Of a stretch of DNA of 64,000 nucleotides, positions 18,165 to 26,303 are shown one piece after another; the stretch's first letter is position 1; every line of letters starts with the position of its first letter. The DNA is from an uncultured Anaerolineales bacterium (GTDB lineage Bacteria; Chloroflexota; Anaerolineae; B4-G1), in contig CAZIWL010000007.1 of assembly GCA_964542755.1 (NCBI GenBank), positions 1,146-65,145 on the forward strand, in the 5' to 3' direction. Made by a program: the position numbers and the translations under genes. The notes beneath the pieces are model-generated. The model was not told where the DNA came from and did not search any database. It saw nothing but the letters and a program-made list of their open reading frames with translations.

Positions 18165-19073
18165 TCACGTGGTGAAGATCACGGCGGCACCGATCAGGGC
18201 CACAACGGTCCCAAAGATGGAACGGGCCGTGATTGCCTCGTCAAAGATCCAGTGGTCGAAGGGGATGAGAATGATGGGGCTCAGAGCCATCAGCGTCGAG
18301 GCGATGCCCACAGGGGCGGATCGAACAGCGATCAAAGACAGCCAGACACCGATGAAAGGTCCGATGAACGCCCCGCCGACCAGCCAAATCCGGGTACGGG
18401 GGTCGTGCAACGCCTGCAACGTTGGTGCGATCTGGCCGCGAAGCAAGGCCATGAGCCATAGGATCGTGGCTGCCACGATCATCCTGATGACTGTGGCCGA
18501 GAGGGCGGGAAAGTCGCCCACCATGCCGCGCTTGGCCGCAACCAGTCCCAGGGCTTGACCCGTGGCGCCGGTTATGCCCAGGAGCACCCCCAGGGTTCTT
18601 TTCCGTGCGTCCTCCGCTTCCTTGATGTTGTCCTCGGACCGCGAGTCCGGCTGGCGTTCCGACACGACCCAGGCGATGCCCGCCACCGTGATTAGAATGG
18701 CGGCGATCTCTAAGGGCAGCAGCATCTCTCCCAGCAGAGCCCAAGCTGCCACCGTACTGATGACCGGCACCAGCGTCATCAGCATCATGGACTTCCGCGG
18801 CCCAATCAACAGAAATGCGTGAAAGAGAGACCCATCGCCCACGATGAGGCCGATGGTGCCCGAGACGCCCAGCCAACCCCAGCGATACAGCTCGGCTTCG
18901 ATGGGCCACACGGTGCCGCGGACCAACAGATGAGTCAGCGAGAGAAAGATGACGGCGAAAATGAGTCGGACCCGATTGACGACCCGAGAACCGACGCGTC
19001 GGCCAGCGAACGTGAACTGAATCGAGTTAAGCGACCAACAGAAAGAGGTCGCCAGAGCGGCAAGTTCTCCCAC
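18165..19073 (-). CDS. DMT/EamA-family transporter
   Basis: About ten hydrophobic helices in two repeats (GELAALATSFCWS; GDGSLFHAF..IGP; ASTLMALSPI). GTG 19073 has a GAGGAG RBS, so the listed N-terminal extension is discarded. Confidence 0.88.
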   Translation of the reverse strand: MGELAALATSFCWSLNSIQFTFAGRRVGSRVVNRVRLIFAVIFLSLTHLLVRGTVWPIEAELYRWGWLGVSGTIGLIVGDGSLFHAFLLIGPRKSMMLMTLVPVISTVAAWALLGEMLLPLEIAAILITVAGIAWVVSERQPDSRSEDNIKEAEDARKRTLGVLLGITGATGQALGLVAAKRGMVGDFPALSATVIRMIVAATILWLMALLRGQIAPTLQALHDPRTRIWLVGGAFIGPFIGVWLSLIAVRSAPVGIASTLMALSPIILIPFDHWIFDEAITARSIFGTVVALIGAAVIFTT

Positions 19074-19146
19074 TACGTGCTCCTCTTGAACGCGAAAGTT
19101 GTCGGCGACTGCCCTTCTCCAAAGAGGCTGCGTACGACGGGACTGC

Positions 19147-19830
19147 TCAGAAGCCTCTCTGCTGCCCCTGCCAGGGAGGAGGGGCGTCCTCCCCAAACTC
19201 CTCAACGCTGGGCCCGTTCAACGTCTGCAGCCGCCAGGTGCCGTAGAGATAGCTTGCGACCAGCAGCACAATGGTCGCTGGCCACCCCAGTACGACCGTG
19301 ACGACGCCGAGGGATGCTGCCCCCGCCCTCTGGAATAGCGCCCACTGTATGGCCAGGCGGAGGCTGAAGAAGACCCCCCACGCCGATGTCACCTCGCTGT
19401 AGGCTGGACGTACCTTCGGGTGCCAGTACCACGCCAGCGGCCACCCCCGGGCTAGATGGCTGCTCAATGCCACCAGGGGCCGCCCTATCAGCACACTGAT
19501 CAAGCAAATCAGGGCCGTCAGTCCGCCGTTGACCAGATTGGGAAGAAAGTACCCCTCCGCTCGGTCGCTCCCCAGGGCGGACAAGAGGGCCAGCGCCGTC
19601 GCGGCCAACCCCCCGGCGGCGTAGCCCCAGGGTTCCCCCCGAACGAGACGCACGAGACCCAGCGCGACGGCAACGCCCATCGCACCCCAGCTCGCCGCCG
19701 TGAAGCCGAGCACGGCGTTCAGGACGAGGAAGATAGTGGGGGGAAGAATAGCGTCGATCACGCGGCTGCGACCCGCCACGACCGCGCGGAACTCCTCTAG
19801 CACTTCCTGAAGCCTACTATCTTGTGCCAA
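19147..19830 (-). CDS. DUF3159-like membrane protein
   Basis: AEGYFLPNL; ISVLIGRPLV; WHPKVRPAYSEVTSAW; VVLGWP; mostly hydrophobic. Confidence 0.75.
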   Translation of the reverse strand: MAQDSRLQEVLEEFRAVVAGRSRVIDAILPPTIFLVLNAVLGFTAASWGAMGVAVALGLVRLVRGEPWGYAAGGLAATALALLSALGSDRAEGYFLPNLVNGGLTALICLISVLIGRPLVALSSHLARGWPLAWYWHPKVRPAYSEVTSAWGVFFSLRLAIQWALFQRAGAASLGVVTVVLGWPATIVLLVASYLYGTWRLQTLNGPSVEEFGEDAPPPWQGQQRGF

Positions 19831-19878
19831 CAGTCTATCTCCAAGTTAATGCCCGGCGTCTCGTCCAGTCCAGGGTAG

Positions 19879-19906
19879 AGTATAGCACGCCCGGACCCGC
19901 TGGCAA
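19879..19906 (-). promoter_or_regulatory. sigma70 promoter for the DUF3159-EamA-aminotransferase-EutB-like genes
   Basis: Minus strand TTGCCA-16 nt-TATACT with TG extended -10. Confidence 0.6.
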
Positions 19907-20142
19907 ACCGGTTCGAGTGGAGGTGTCGGCCTGATGCGGGTCCACAAGGTGAGATCGCCACTGGCCCATCTGGGCAGTCCTACGGCTTCTCGGCCTGCGT
20001 GCGCTGTCCCAAAGAGAGAATGCCCGCCATGGTCCGACCGTGTTTCCTTCCCGCGGATGGCGCATACAGTGCTATGAGTCCTTGCTTGGCGACCACAGCG
20101 CCACTGCATATGGAACTCTTATCCTTGTTGTCCAAAACAGCC

Positions 20143-20171
20143 TTGACAAGCATAACGGCTCACGCTATAGT
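20143..20171 (+). promoter_or_regulatory. Near-consensus sigma70 promoter upstream of slyD
   Basis: TTGACA(20143-20148)-17 nt-TATAGT(20166-20171). Confidence 0.8.
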
Positions 20172-20207
20172 CCAGGCATTGCCTAGGTAAGGTGCATGAA
20201 GATCTAG

Positions 20208-20245
20208 CGCCCAGTGTCTGATCTAGTCTGGGCGTTTTTGTTTTT
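20208..20245 (+). terminator. Intrinsic terminator inside the slyD 5' leader
   Basis: CGCCCAG(20208-14)/CTGGGCG(20228-34) stem followed by TTTTTGTTTTT. Confidence 0.75.
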
Positions 20246-20310
20246 CTGCTCAGGGTCTCTTGAGGGAGGCTATCGGATGACTCACAGGCCATTACGGCAA
20301 AAGGATACCA

Positions 20311-20820
20311 GTGACTGAACAGACTTTGGACATTGCTGACGGGAGAATCGTCTGCCTCGACTACACGCTCCGCCTCGAAGATGATGAGGTCGTCGACACG
20401 TCTGAGGACCGAGAACCGATCGAGTTCGTGCAGGGACAGCGGCAGATCGTACCCGGACTTGAGGATGCGCTCTACGGTATGGAGGTGGGCGACGAGAAGA
20501 GCGTGGTCGTGGAACCGGCTGAAGGATACGGCGAGAGGAATCCAGAAGCCAGCCAGGACGTGCCGCGGGACGCGTTCCAGGAGGACGTGGAGCTCGAAGC
20601 CGGCATGCCGATCCAGGTTTCGGATGGGTCAGGACGCACAGCCACGGCTTTCGTCGCGGAGGTCGGAGACGATTCCGTGAAGCTTGACTTCAACCACCCG
20701 CTGGCGGGTGAGACGCTCCACTTCGAGGTGGAGGTGGTAGACGTTCGGGAAGCGAGTGCCGCAGATCTGATGGGCGGCTGTGGAACGTGCGGCGGCTGTT
20801 CAAGCGACTCCTGCTGCTGA
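20311..20820 (+). CDS. slyD: FKBP-type peptidyl-prolyl isomerase SlyD with a Cys-rich tail
   Basis: VCLDYTL; IVPGLEDAL; EPAEGYG; LDFNHPLAGETLHFEVEV; tail GGCGTCGGCSSDSCC. Confidence 0.95.
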   Translation: MTEQTLDIADGRIVCLDYTLRLEDDEVVDTSEDREPIEFVQGQRQIVPGLEDALYGMEVGDEKSVVVEPAEGYGERNPEASQDVPRDAFQEDVELEAGMPIQVSDGSGRTATAFVAEVGDDSVKLDFNHPLAGETLHFEVEVVDVREASAADLMGGCGTCGGCSSDSCC

Positions 20821-20847
20821 ACTCCGCGCGCAGACAGACCAAGAAGG

Positions 20848-20880
20848 GAGAAGGCCCGGCCATGTCCGCCGGGCCTTCTC
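20848..20880. terminator. 12-bp perfect hairpin between the convergent slyD and GRE genes (probably bidirectional)
   Basis: GAGAAGGCCCGG-9 nt-CCGGGCCTTCTC. Confidence 0.75.
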
Positions 20881-20941
20881 ACATGGAGGCATGCGACGGG
20901 TTTCGGGGCCGAGGACCGCGCCGCGGCTCAAGCCGCATGGT

Positions 20942-23308
20942 CTAGAATCCCTTGTGCTCGGTCCGGGCGATGATCTCATCCTGCAGGGCCCGGCTCAGGT
21001 CACAGAAGTAGTCGCTGTACCCTGCCACGCGCACGATCAGGTCCCGGTAGTCGTCAGGGTGCTCCTGGGCCGCTCGCAGCGTCTCCGCATCCACCACGTT
21101 GAACTGAATATGGTGCCCATCTAGATTGAAGTACGTGCGGATCAACCGGGCAAACTTGTCCAAGCCGTCATCGCCCTCCAGCACCTGTGGCGTGAACTTC
21201 TGATTGAACAGGGTACCGCCCGTTCGAACGTGATCCATCTTGGTGACAGATCTTATGACCGCCGTCGGTCCCTTGCGGTCGGCTCCCTGGACCGGTGAGA
21301 TTCCTTCGGAGATAGGGCTGCCGCCCCTCCGACCGTCGGGCAAGGCGCCCACAACCGAGCCGAAGTAGACGTGTACCGTCGTGGGCAGCATGTTCACCCG
21401 GTAGGTGCCGCCGCGCGGTGTCGGTCGCCCGTCGACGGCGTTGAAATACGCCTCGAAGACGGCGACCATCACGGCGTCTGCGTAATCGTCGTCGTTGCCG
21501 TATTTGGGGGTCCGGTTTAGAAGCTGTTGCCGGAACCGTTCGCTGCCGCCGAAATCCTCCTGGAGCGCCCGTAGGAGCTCACCCATGGAGAGCGTCTGTT
21601 GGTCAAAGACGTGGTACTTCACGGCAGTCAAGGCGTCACTCATCGTGCCCAGTCCGACGCCCTGGATGTAGTTGGTGTTATAGCGCGTCCCCCCGTCGTG
21701 GTAGTCTCTGCCCCTCGCCACGCAATCGTCCGTCAGAAGGGAGAGGAACGGAGCCGGTAGTTCGCGAGCGAAGAGCCGCTCGATCACATTGTTGCCCCGG
21801 ACCTTGACGTCGATGAAGTACTGGAGCTGCTTTCGGTAGGCGTCGAAGAGCTCTTCGAAGGTCTCAAAGGTTGTCGGATCACCCGTCGACAGGCCGATCA
21901 CATCTCCGGTCCTTGGATCAACCCCATTGTTGAGTGTGATCTCGAGGACCTTGGGCATATTGAAATAGCCGGTTAGGATGTAGCTCTCTTTGCCGAAGGC
22001 CCCCGCCTCGACGCAGCCGCTCGTACCTCCCGCTCGGGCATCCTCGATCGACTTTCCTTGCCTCACCAGCTCCTGAACGATTAAGTCACAGTTGAACACG
22101 TCGGGCTTGCCCATTCCTTGACGGATTACCCGGCAAGTGTGGTCGAGGAATCCCCTGGGGCTCTTCTTGCTGATCTGGACCGATGGGTTGGGCTGCACCT
22201 GACGCATCGTTGCGATCACGTCTAGCATCAGGTGTGAGAGCTCGTTGGAGCCGTCGGAGCCATCCTGCCTCAGCCCGCCGAGGTTGATCTGCACGAAATC
22301 GGTGTACGTGCCGCTTTCCTCGGCCGTCACGCCTACTTTGGGCGGGGCCGGCTGATTGTCGAACTTGATCCAAAGGCACTGGAGCAATTCCTCGGCCTCT
22401 TCGCGTGTCAATGTGCCCGCGTCGACGTCCCGACGGTAGAACGGAAAGAGGTGTTGATCCAGATGCCCGGGACAGAACGCATCCCACGGATTCAACTCAG
22501 TGGTGACTCCGAGGTGCACGAACCAGTAGTACTGGATCGCCTCCCAGAAACTACGCGGCCCGTGCGCGGGGACGTGTCTGCAGATCGCGGCGATGCGGTC
22601 CAATTCCGCCCTCCGATCAGGGTCATTCTCCTGGCTGGCGAGCTCGATAGCCAGATCCGCGTGACGCTCCGCGAATCGAACCAGGGCATCCGCACAGATC
22701 CGCATAGCCGTCAACTCTTCCTGCTTGTCGTAGGCCTCTGGGTCGCCCAGGTAGTCGAGACCCCTCAGCTGCTGCGTGATCTCCCGCTTGAAGTCGAGCA
22801 TCCCCTTGCTGTATATCTTATCGTCGTGGACAGTGTGCCCCGGGGAGCGCTGCTCCATGAACTCGGTGAAGACCCCCGCTTCGTAAGCGGCCTTCCACGC
22901 CTCGGTCATCTCACCGAATATCCTGTCTCGCATCGACCGACCCTCCCAGAAGGGAATGATCGTGTCGCGGTAGACCCTCTTGGCGTCGTCGCTGACGGCG
23001 AAGGACGTCTTCTCCCGTGAGTCGAGAATATCGAGGTCTTCCATGGAGTGGCAGCAGAGCTCTGGGTACGTGGGGGCTGCCTTCGGGCGGGGGCCTTTCT
23101 CTCCCACGATCAGCTCGTCTGGCGCGATTATGATCGTCTTCCTGTCCATCAGATGACGGAAGGCCAGCGCACGCTCCACCGGCGTCGACAACGGTCGTCG
23201 CTGTTCTTTGTAGAACGCCGTCAGGAGCTCGGCCCGTTCGGCTGAGAGCGCGGTGACAGCCTCGCGGCTCTGCTCCCTCAGTCGACAAACTCGTTCAGTC
23301 ATTTCCAT
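20942..23308 (-). CDS. hypD: Glycyl radical enzyme, trans-4-hydroxy-L-proline dehydratase (HypD)-type
   Basis: RVAGYS (glycyl radical); GTSGCVE (Cys/Glu). TEFMEQRSPGHT, WDAF, ESGTYTDF, SYILTGY and MLPTT carry the residues recalled for C. difficile HypD (F152, H160, D278, S334, D339/F340, Y450, T645). Length is 788 aa. Confidence 0.85.
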   Translation of the reverse strand: MEMTERVCRLREQSREAVTALSAERAELLTAFYKEQRRPLSTPVERALAFRHLMDRKTIIIAPDELIVGEKGPRPKAAPTYPELCCHSMEDLDILDSREKTSFAVSDDAKRVYRDTIIPFWEGRSMRDRIFGEMTEAWKAAYEAGVFTEFMEQRSPGHTVHDDKIYSKGMLDFKREITQQLRGLDYLGDPEAYDKQEELTAMRICADALVRFAERHADLAIELASQENDPDRRAELDRIAAICRHVPAHGPRSFWEAIQYYWFVHLGVTTELNPWDAFCPGHLDQHLFPFYRRDVDAGTLTREEAEELLQCLWIKFDNQPAPPKVGVTAEESGTYTDFVQINLGGLRQDGSDGSNELSHLMLDVIATMRQVQPNPSVQISKKSPRGFLDHTCRVIRQGMGKPDVFNCDLIVQELVRQGKSIEDARAGGTSGCVEAGAFGKESYILTGYFNMPKVLEITLNNGVDPRTGDVIGLSTGDPTTFETFEELFDAYRKQLQYFIDVKVRGNNVIERLFARELPAPFLSLLTDDCVARGRDYHDGGTRYNTNYIQGVGLGTMSDALTAVKYHVFDQQTLSMGELLRALQEDFGGSERFRQQLLNRTPKYGNDDDYADAVMVAVFEAYFNAVDGRPTPRGGTYRVNMLPTTVHVYFGSVVGALPDGRRGGSPISEGISPVQGADRKGPTAVIRSVTKMDHVRTGGTLFNQKFTPQVLEGDDGLDKFARLIRTYFNLDGHHIQFNVVDAETLRAAQEHPDDYRDLIVRVAGYSDYFCDLSRALQDEIIARTEHKGF

Positions 23309-23391
23309 AGGCTCGGCCCTCCCAATACGTGGGGCAGATGTCGCCCCCCGTTAGATCTTAGACGTGGCAGCTTGCTCTCTCACTATCTAAC

Positions 23392-24294
23392 CTATCCGGG
23401 CATCACGTTCAAACCCCGGGACCGTAGACGCTCCCGGACCTCTTCAATCCTCTCCGGCCCGGGCGGTTGGATCTCTGGCATAGGACAATGCTTGCCCAAC
23501 CGCTCATACTTATCGCGCCCGATCTCATGATACGGCAACACGTCAATTCCATCAAGGGCCGGAAGGCTGAGGGCGAGGGTGCCGATGGCGCGAAGACTCG
23601 ACTCATCCTCGTTGATTCCCGGTATCAGCGGCACACGTAGAAGGATGTGCTCACCGTGCTGGGAGAGTGCACGCAGGTTTGCCAGGATGCGCTCGTTGGA
23701 CACACCCGTGACCTCCCGGTGGCGCTGGTCGTCAACCAGTTTCAGATCGTACAGGAAAAGGTCCACGTCCTCCCGCAGCTCATCAAGCACAGTCCAGGGT
23801 CCAAAGCCGCAGGTGTCCAGACAGGTGTGAACCCCCTCTCGGCGGCAAGCCGCCAGGAGACCGCGCAAAAAGTCCGGCTGGGACAGCGGTTCACCCCCTG
23901 AAAACGTGACGCCACCCTCGGACGTATCATAGAAAGGTGCGTCACGCAGGATCTCGTCCACCACCTCGCCGACGGTCATCTCCCGGCCCACCATCTCACG
24001 TGCCTCGGCGTAGCAGACCTCGACACAGGCCCCGCAGCGGGTGCAGCGCCTCCTGTCCGTGGTCATGTCACACTCATCGGATGCGATAGCGCCCTGCTTG
24101 CAGACAGCGACACAGGCCTGGCATCCGATACACCGTCCAGGGCGCAGGATCAGCTCCGGCGCGAGTAACTGTCCCTCGGGGTTATGACACCACCAGCAGT
24201 GCAGGGGGCAACCCTTGAGAAACACCGTGGTCCGAATCCCCGGGCCGTCGTGTATCGAGAACTTCTTGATGTCAAAGACGATTCCGCTCAACAT
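23392..24294 (-). CDS. GRE activating enzyme (radical SAM) with a ferredoxin-like insert
   Basis: DGPGIRTTVFLKGCPLHCWWCHNPE; CIGCQACVAVC and CTRCGACVEVC; GGVTFSGGEP; LPYH. Confidence 0.95.
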   Translation of the reverse strand: MLSGIVFDIKKFSIHDGPGIRTTVFLKGCPLHCWWCHNPEGQLLAPELILRPGRCIGCQACVAVCKQGAIASDECDMTTDRRRCTRCGACVEVCYAEAREMVGREMTVGEVVDEILRDAPFYDTSEGGVTFSGGEPLSQPDFLRGLLAACRREGVHTCLDTCGFGPWTVLDELREDVDLFLYDLKLVDDQRHREVTGVSNERILANLRALSQHGEHILLRVPLIPGINEDESSLRAIGTLALSLPALDGIDVLPYHEIGRDKYERLGKHCPMPEIQPPGPERIEEVRERLRSRGLNVMPG

Positions 24295-24432
24295 GACCTC
24301 AGTCCCTGGTGCCCCAAACCTCCTTGCTCAGAACCGGGCGGCGACAGCCAGCTTGTCGGAGTCTTCGCTGGCCCCCTCAGCAGCACGGGGGCTGCGCAGG
24401 TGTCGAAGGGCCATCCGATCCATCAAAGCGAA

Positions 24433-24458
24433 ACCGCCAGACTGGTTGATCTGGCGGT
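24433..24458 (-). terminator. Intrinsic terminator after the racemase
   Basis: ACCGCCAGA-8 nt-TCTGGCGGT perfect 9-bp stem; on the minus strand it is followed by TTCGCTTTG. Confidence 0.6.
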
Positions 24459-24513
24459 GTAGGGTCCTCTCCTATCTCGTCCGGCAGGCATGTGGAACCC
24501 GGGGCCCGATGCC

Positions 24514-25527
24514 CTACGGGGATCCTCCCTCCAGCAAGAAGCCGGACTTGAGCGGATCGTCACGGTCCACGACGAAGTGCTGGAAGCCTGTCACGTAGGC
24601 TCGACCGGCAATCTCGGGTATCACCGCGTCGAAGGTTCCTACTTTCGTCTCTCGGAGCAGGCGGCCCGTGAAGCGCGTGCCCAAAATGCTCTCGTTCACA
24701 AAAGGCTCGTCCAGCCCGAGATGTCCCTTCGCGTACAATGCCGCCATCTTGGCGCTCGTTCCGGTGCCACACGGGGACCGGTCCGCCTGCGACTCGCCGA
24801 AGATGACGACGTTGCGGCAGTCCACGTCGTCTTGTGGTCTGTCCTCATAGATCTCCACCAGGTCGATAGCGTCGATGTGGGGAGCCGTGGGATGGACCAC
24901 GTCGAGCTGCTCGTTGACCGCTGTCAGGATCTCCATGCCCTTGGCCGTGAGCTCTGCGAGGTTGGCCCGCTCCACTGGAAGGCCCAACTCCCCGGCGGGC
25001 ACGAGGGCGAAGAAGTTCCCTCCAAATGACACGTCCACCGTCAACCGACCCGAAGAGAGCTCAAGCTCGAGATCGTGCCGGTACAGGAAGGCGGGCACAT
25101 TCTCCACCGCGATTTCGCCAACTCGACCGTCTTCCACCTGAGCACGGGCGCGTACCAGCCCTGCGGGTGTGTCCAGCACGACGTCTGTCTCTGGCTCCTC
25201 GGCGGGGACGACGCCCGTTGCGAGTGCAGCGGCCACGGCCCCGATGGAGCCGTGCCCGCACATTGCCAGATAACCCCCTGTGTCCATGAAAACCACGCCT
25301 AGATCTGCTTCGGGGGAGGCCGGCGCCATCAGAATGGCGCCGAACATGTCTGCATGCCCGCGAGGTTCGTGCAAGAGCGTAGTACGGATGGTGTCGTATG
25401 CTTGCTGAAGCCGCTCGCGCCTTTCCGCCATGGTGCCGGGCAGGAACGGAACGCCGCCGACAACTACGCGGGTCGGCTCACCCGCTGTGTGTGTGTCGAC
25501 GGTGGTGAACACGTGCTCGTACGTCAT
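24514..25527 (-). CDS. prdF: Proline racemase (two-cysteine type)
   Basis: DTHTAGEPTR; EPRGHADMFG; FMDTGGYLAMCGHG; DVSFGGNF; NVVIFG..DRSPCGTGT. Both catalytic Cys are present, and the aromatic residues (DMFG, NVVIF) are typical of proline racemases rather than Hyp epimerases. ATG overlaps the upstream stop (ATGA). Confidence 0.85.
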   Translation of the reverse strand: MTYEHVFTTVDTHTAGEPTRVVVGGVPFLPGTMAERRERLQQAYDTIRTTLLHEPRGHADMFGAILMAPASPEADLGVVFMDTGGYLAMCGHGSIGAVAAALATGVVPAEEPETDVVLDTPAGLVRARAQVEDGRVGEIAVENVPAFLYRHDLELELSSGRLTVDVSFGGNFFALVPAGELGLPVERANLAELTAKGMEILTAVNEQLDVVHPTAPHIDAIDLVEIYEDRPQDDVDCRNVVIFGESQADRSPCGTGTSAKMAALYAKGHLGLDEPFVNESILGTRFTGRLLRETKVGTFDAVIPEIAGRAYVTGFQHFVVDRDDPLKSGFLLEGGSP

Positions 25528-26303
25528 TCCCACTCCCTGCTTCCCGAGGCGGCGTCCCCACCCAGGTACGCCTCAATCACGTGGGGATCGTTCTGCACGG
25601 CCGTCGGCTCTCCGGAGGCAATCACTTTTCCTGCGTCGAGAACGTAGACGTACTCGCAGACGCCGCTGATCACGCGCATCTTGTGCTCGACGATCATCAT
25701 CGTCTTCCCTTCAGCATGGATGTCCTTGAGGAGCTCCATGATCTGATCCGTGAGGGCTAGATCGACGCCCGCTGTGGGCTCGTCCAACAGGAGGAGGTCG
25801 GCGTCGGTCATCAGGGTCTGAGCGATGGCCAGAAGCTTGACCTGACCTCCGGACAGACTTCCGGTTACCTCATCTCGCTGATCCAGGAGCCCCACCCGGT
25901 CCAGCAACGCCTCGGCCCGCTCGATTTGCTGCTTGCCCTGACGCCGAACGGCAGGCCAACGCAACAGGACTGCCAGGGGATTCTCCCCCGTCAGCCGCTG
26001 ACCAGCCACCAGCATGTTTTCCATCACGGTCATGTCCCGAGGAACCTGTGGGATCTGGAAGGAGCGAACCATGCCGCGATTGGCAATGCTGTGGGGAGGG
26101 AGATCGCCGATGGAGTTGCCCCGGAGCTCCACGGTGCCCCTGTCCTGCTCGTAGAAACCCGTGATCACATTGAAGAGCGTTGTCTTGCCCGACCCGTTCG
26201 GCCCAATAAGGCCCGTGATGGACCCCTCTTTGACGCTGAGAGAGACAGCGCTCAAGGCCTGAAGGCCGCCGAACGCCTTGTGGATATCGTTGATTTCTAG
26301 CAT
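25524..26303 (-). CDS. livG: LIV-type ABC transporter ATP-binding subunit
   Basis: GPNGSGKTT; LSGGQ; LLLDEP; VEH; VIEAYLG. Confidence 0.92.
   Translation of the reverse strand: MLEINDIHKAFGGLQALSAVSLSVKEGSITGLIGPNGSGKTTLFNVITGFYEQDRGTVELRGNSIGDLPPHSIANRGMVRSFQIPQVPRDMTVMENMLVAGQRLTGENPLAVLLRWPAVRRQGKQQIERAEALLDRVGLLDQRDEVTGSLSGGQVKLLAIAQTLMTDADLLLLDEPTAGVDLALTDQIMELLKDIHAEGKTMMIVEHKMRVISGVCEYVYVLDAGKVIASGEPTAVQNDPHVIEAYLGGDAASGSREWE

Noticed and set aside
19846-20109. 87-aa ORF and GCCACTG motifs suggesting a cobalamin riboswitch between the divergent promoters
   Set aside because: The ORF overlaps a promoter and has no homology cues; the B12-box (GGGAAG) and AGGGAA elements are missing.
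20942-23308. Calling the GRE pyruvate formate-lyase or choline TMA-lyase
   Set aside because: It has a single Cys in GCVE rather than the PFL Cys-Cys pair, carries the HypD residue set, and has no microcompartment genes nearby.
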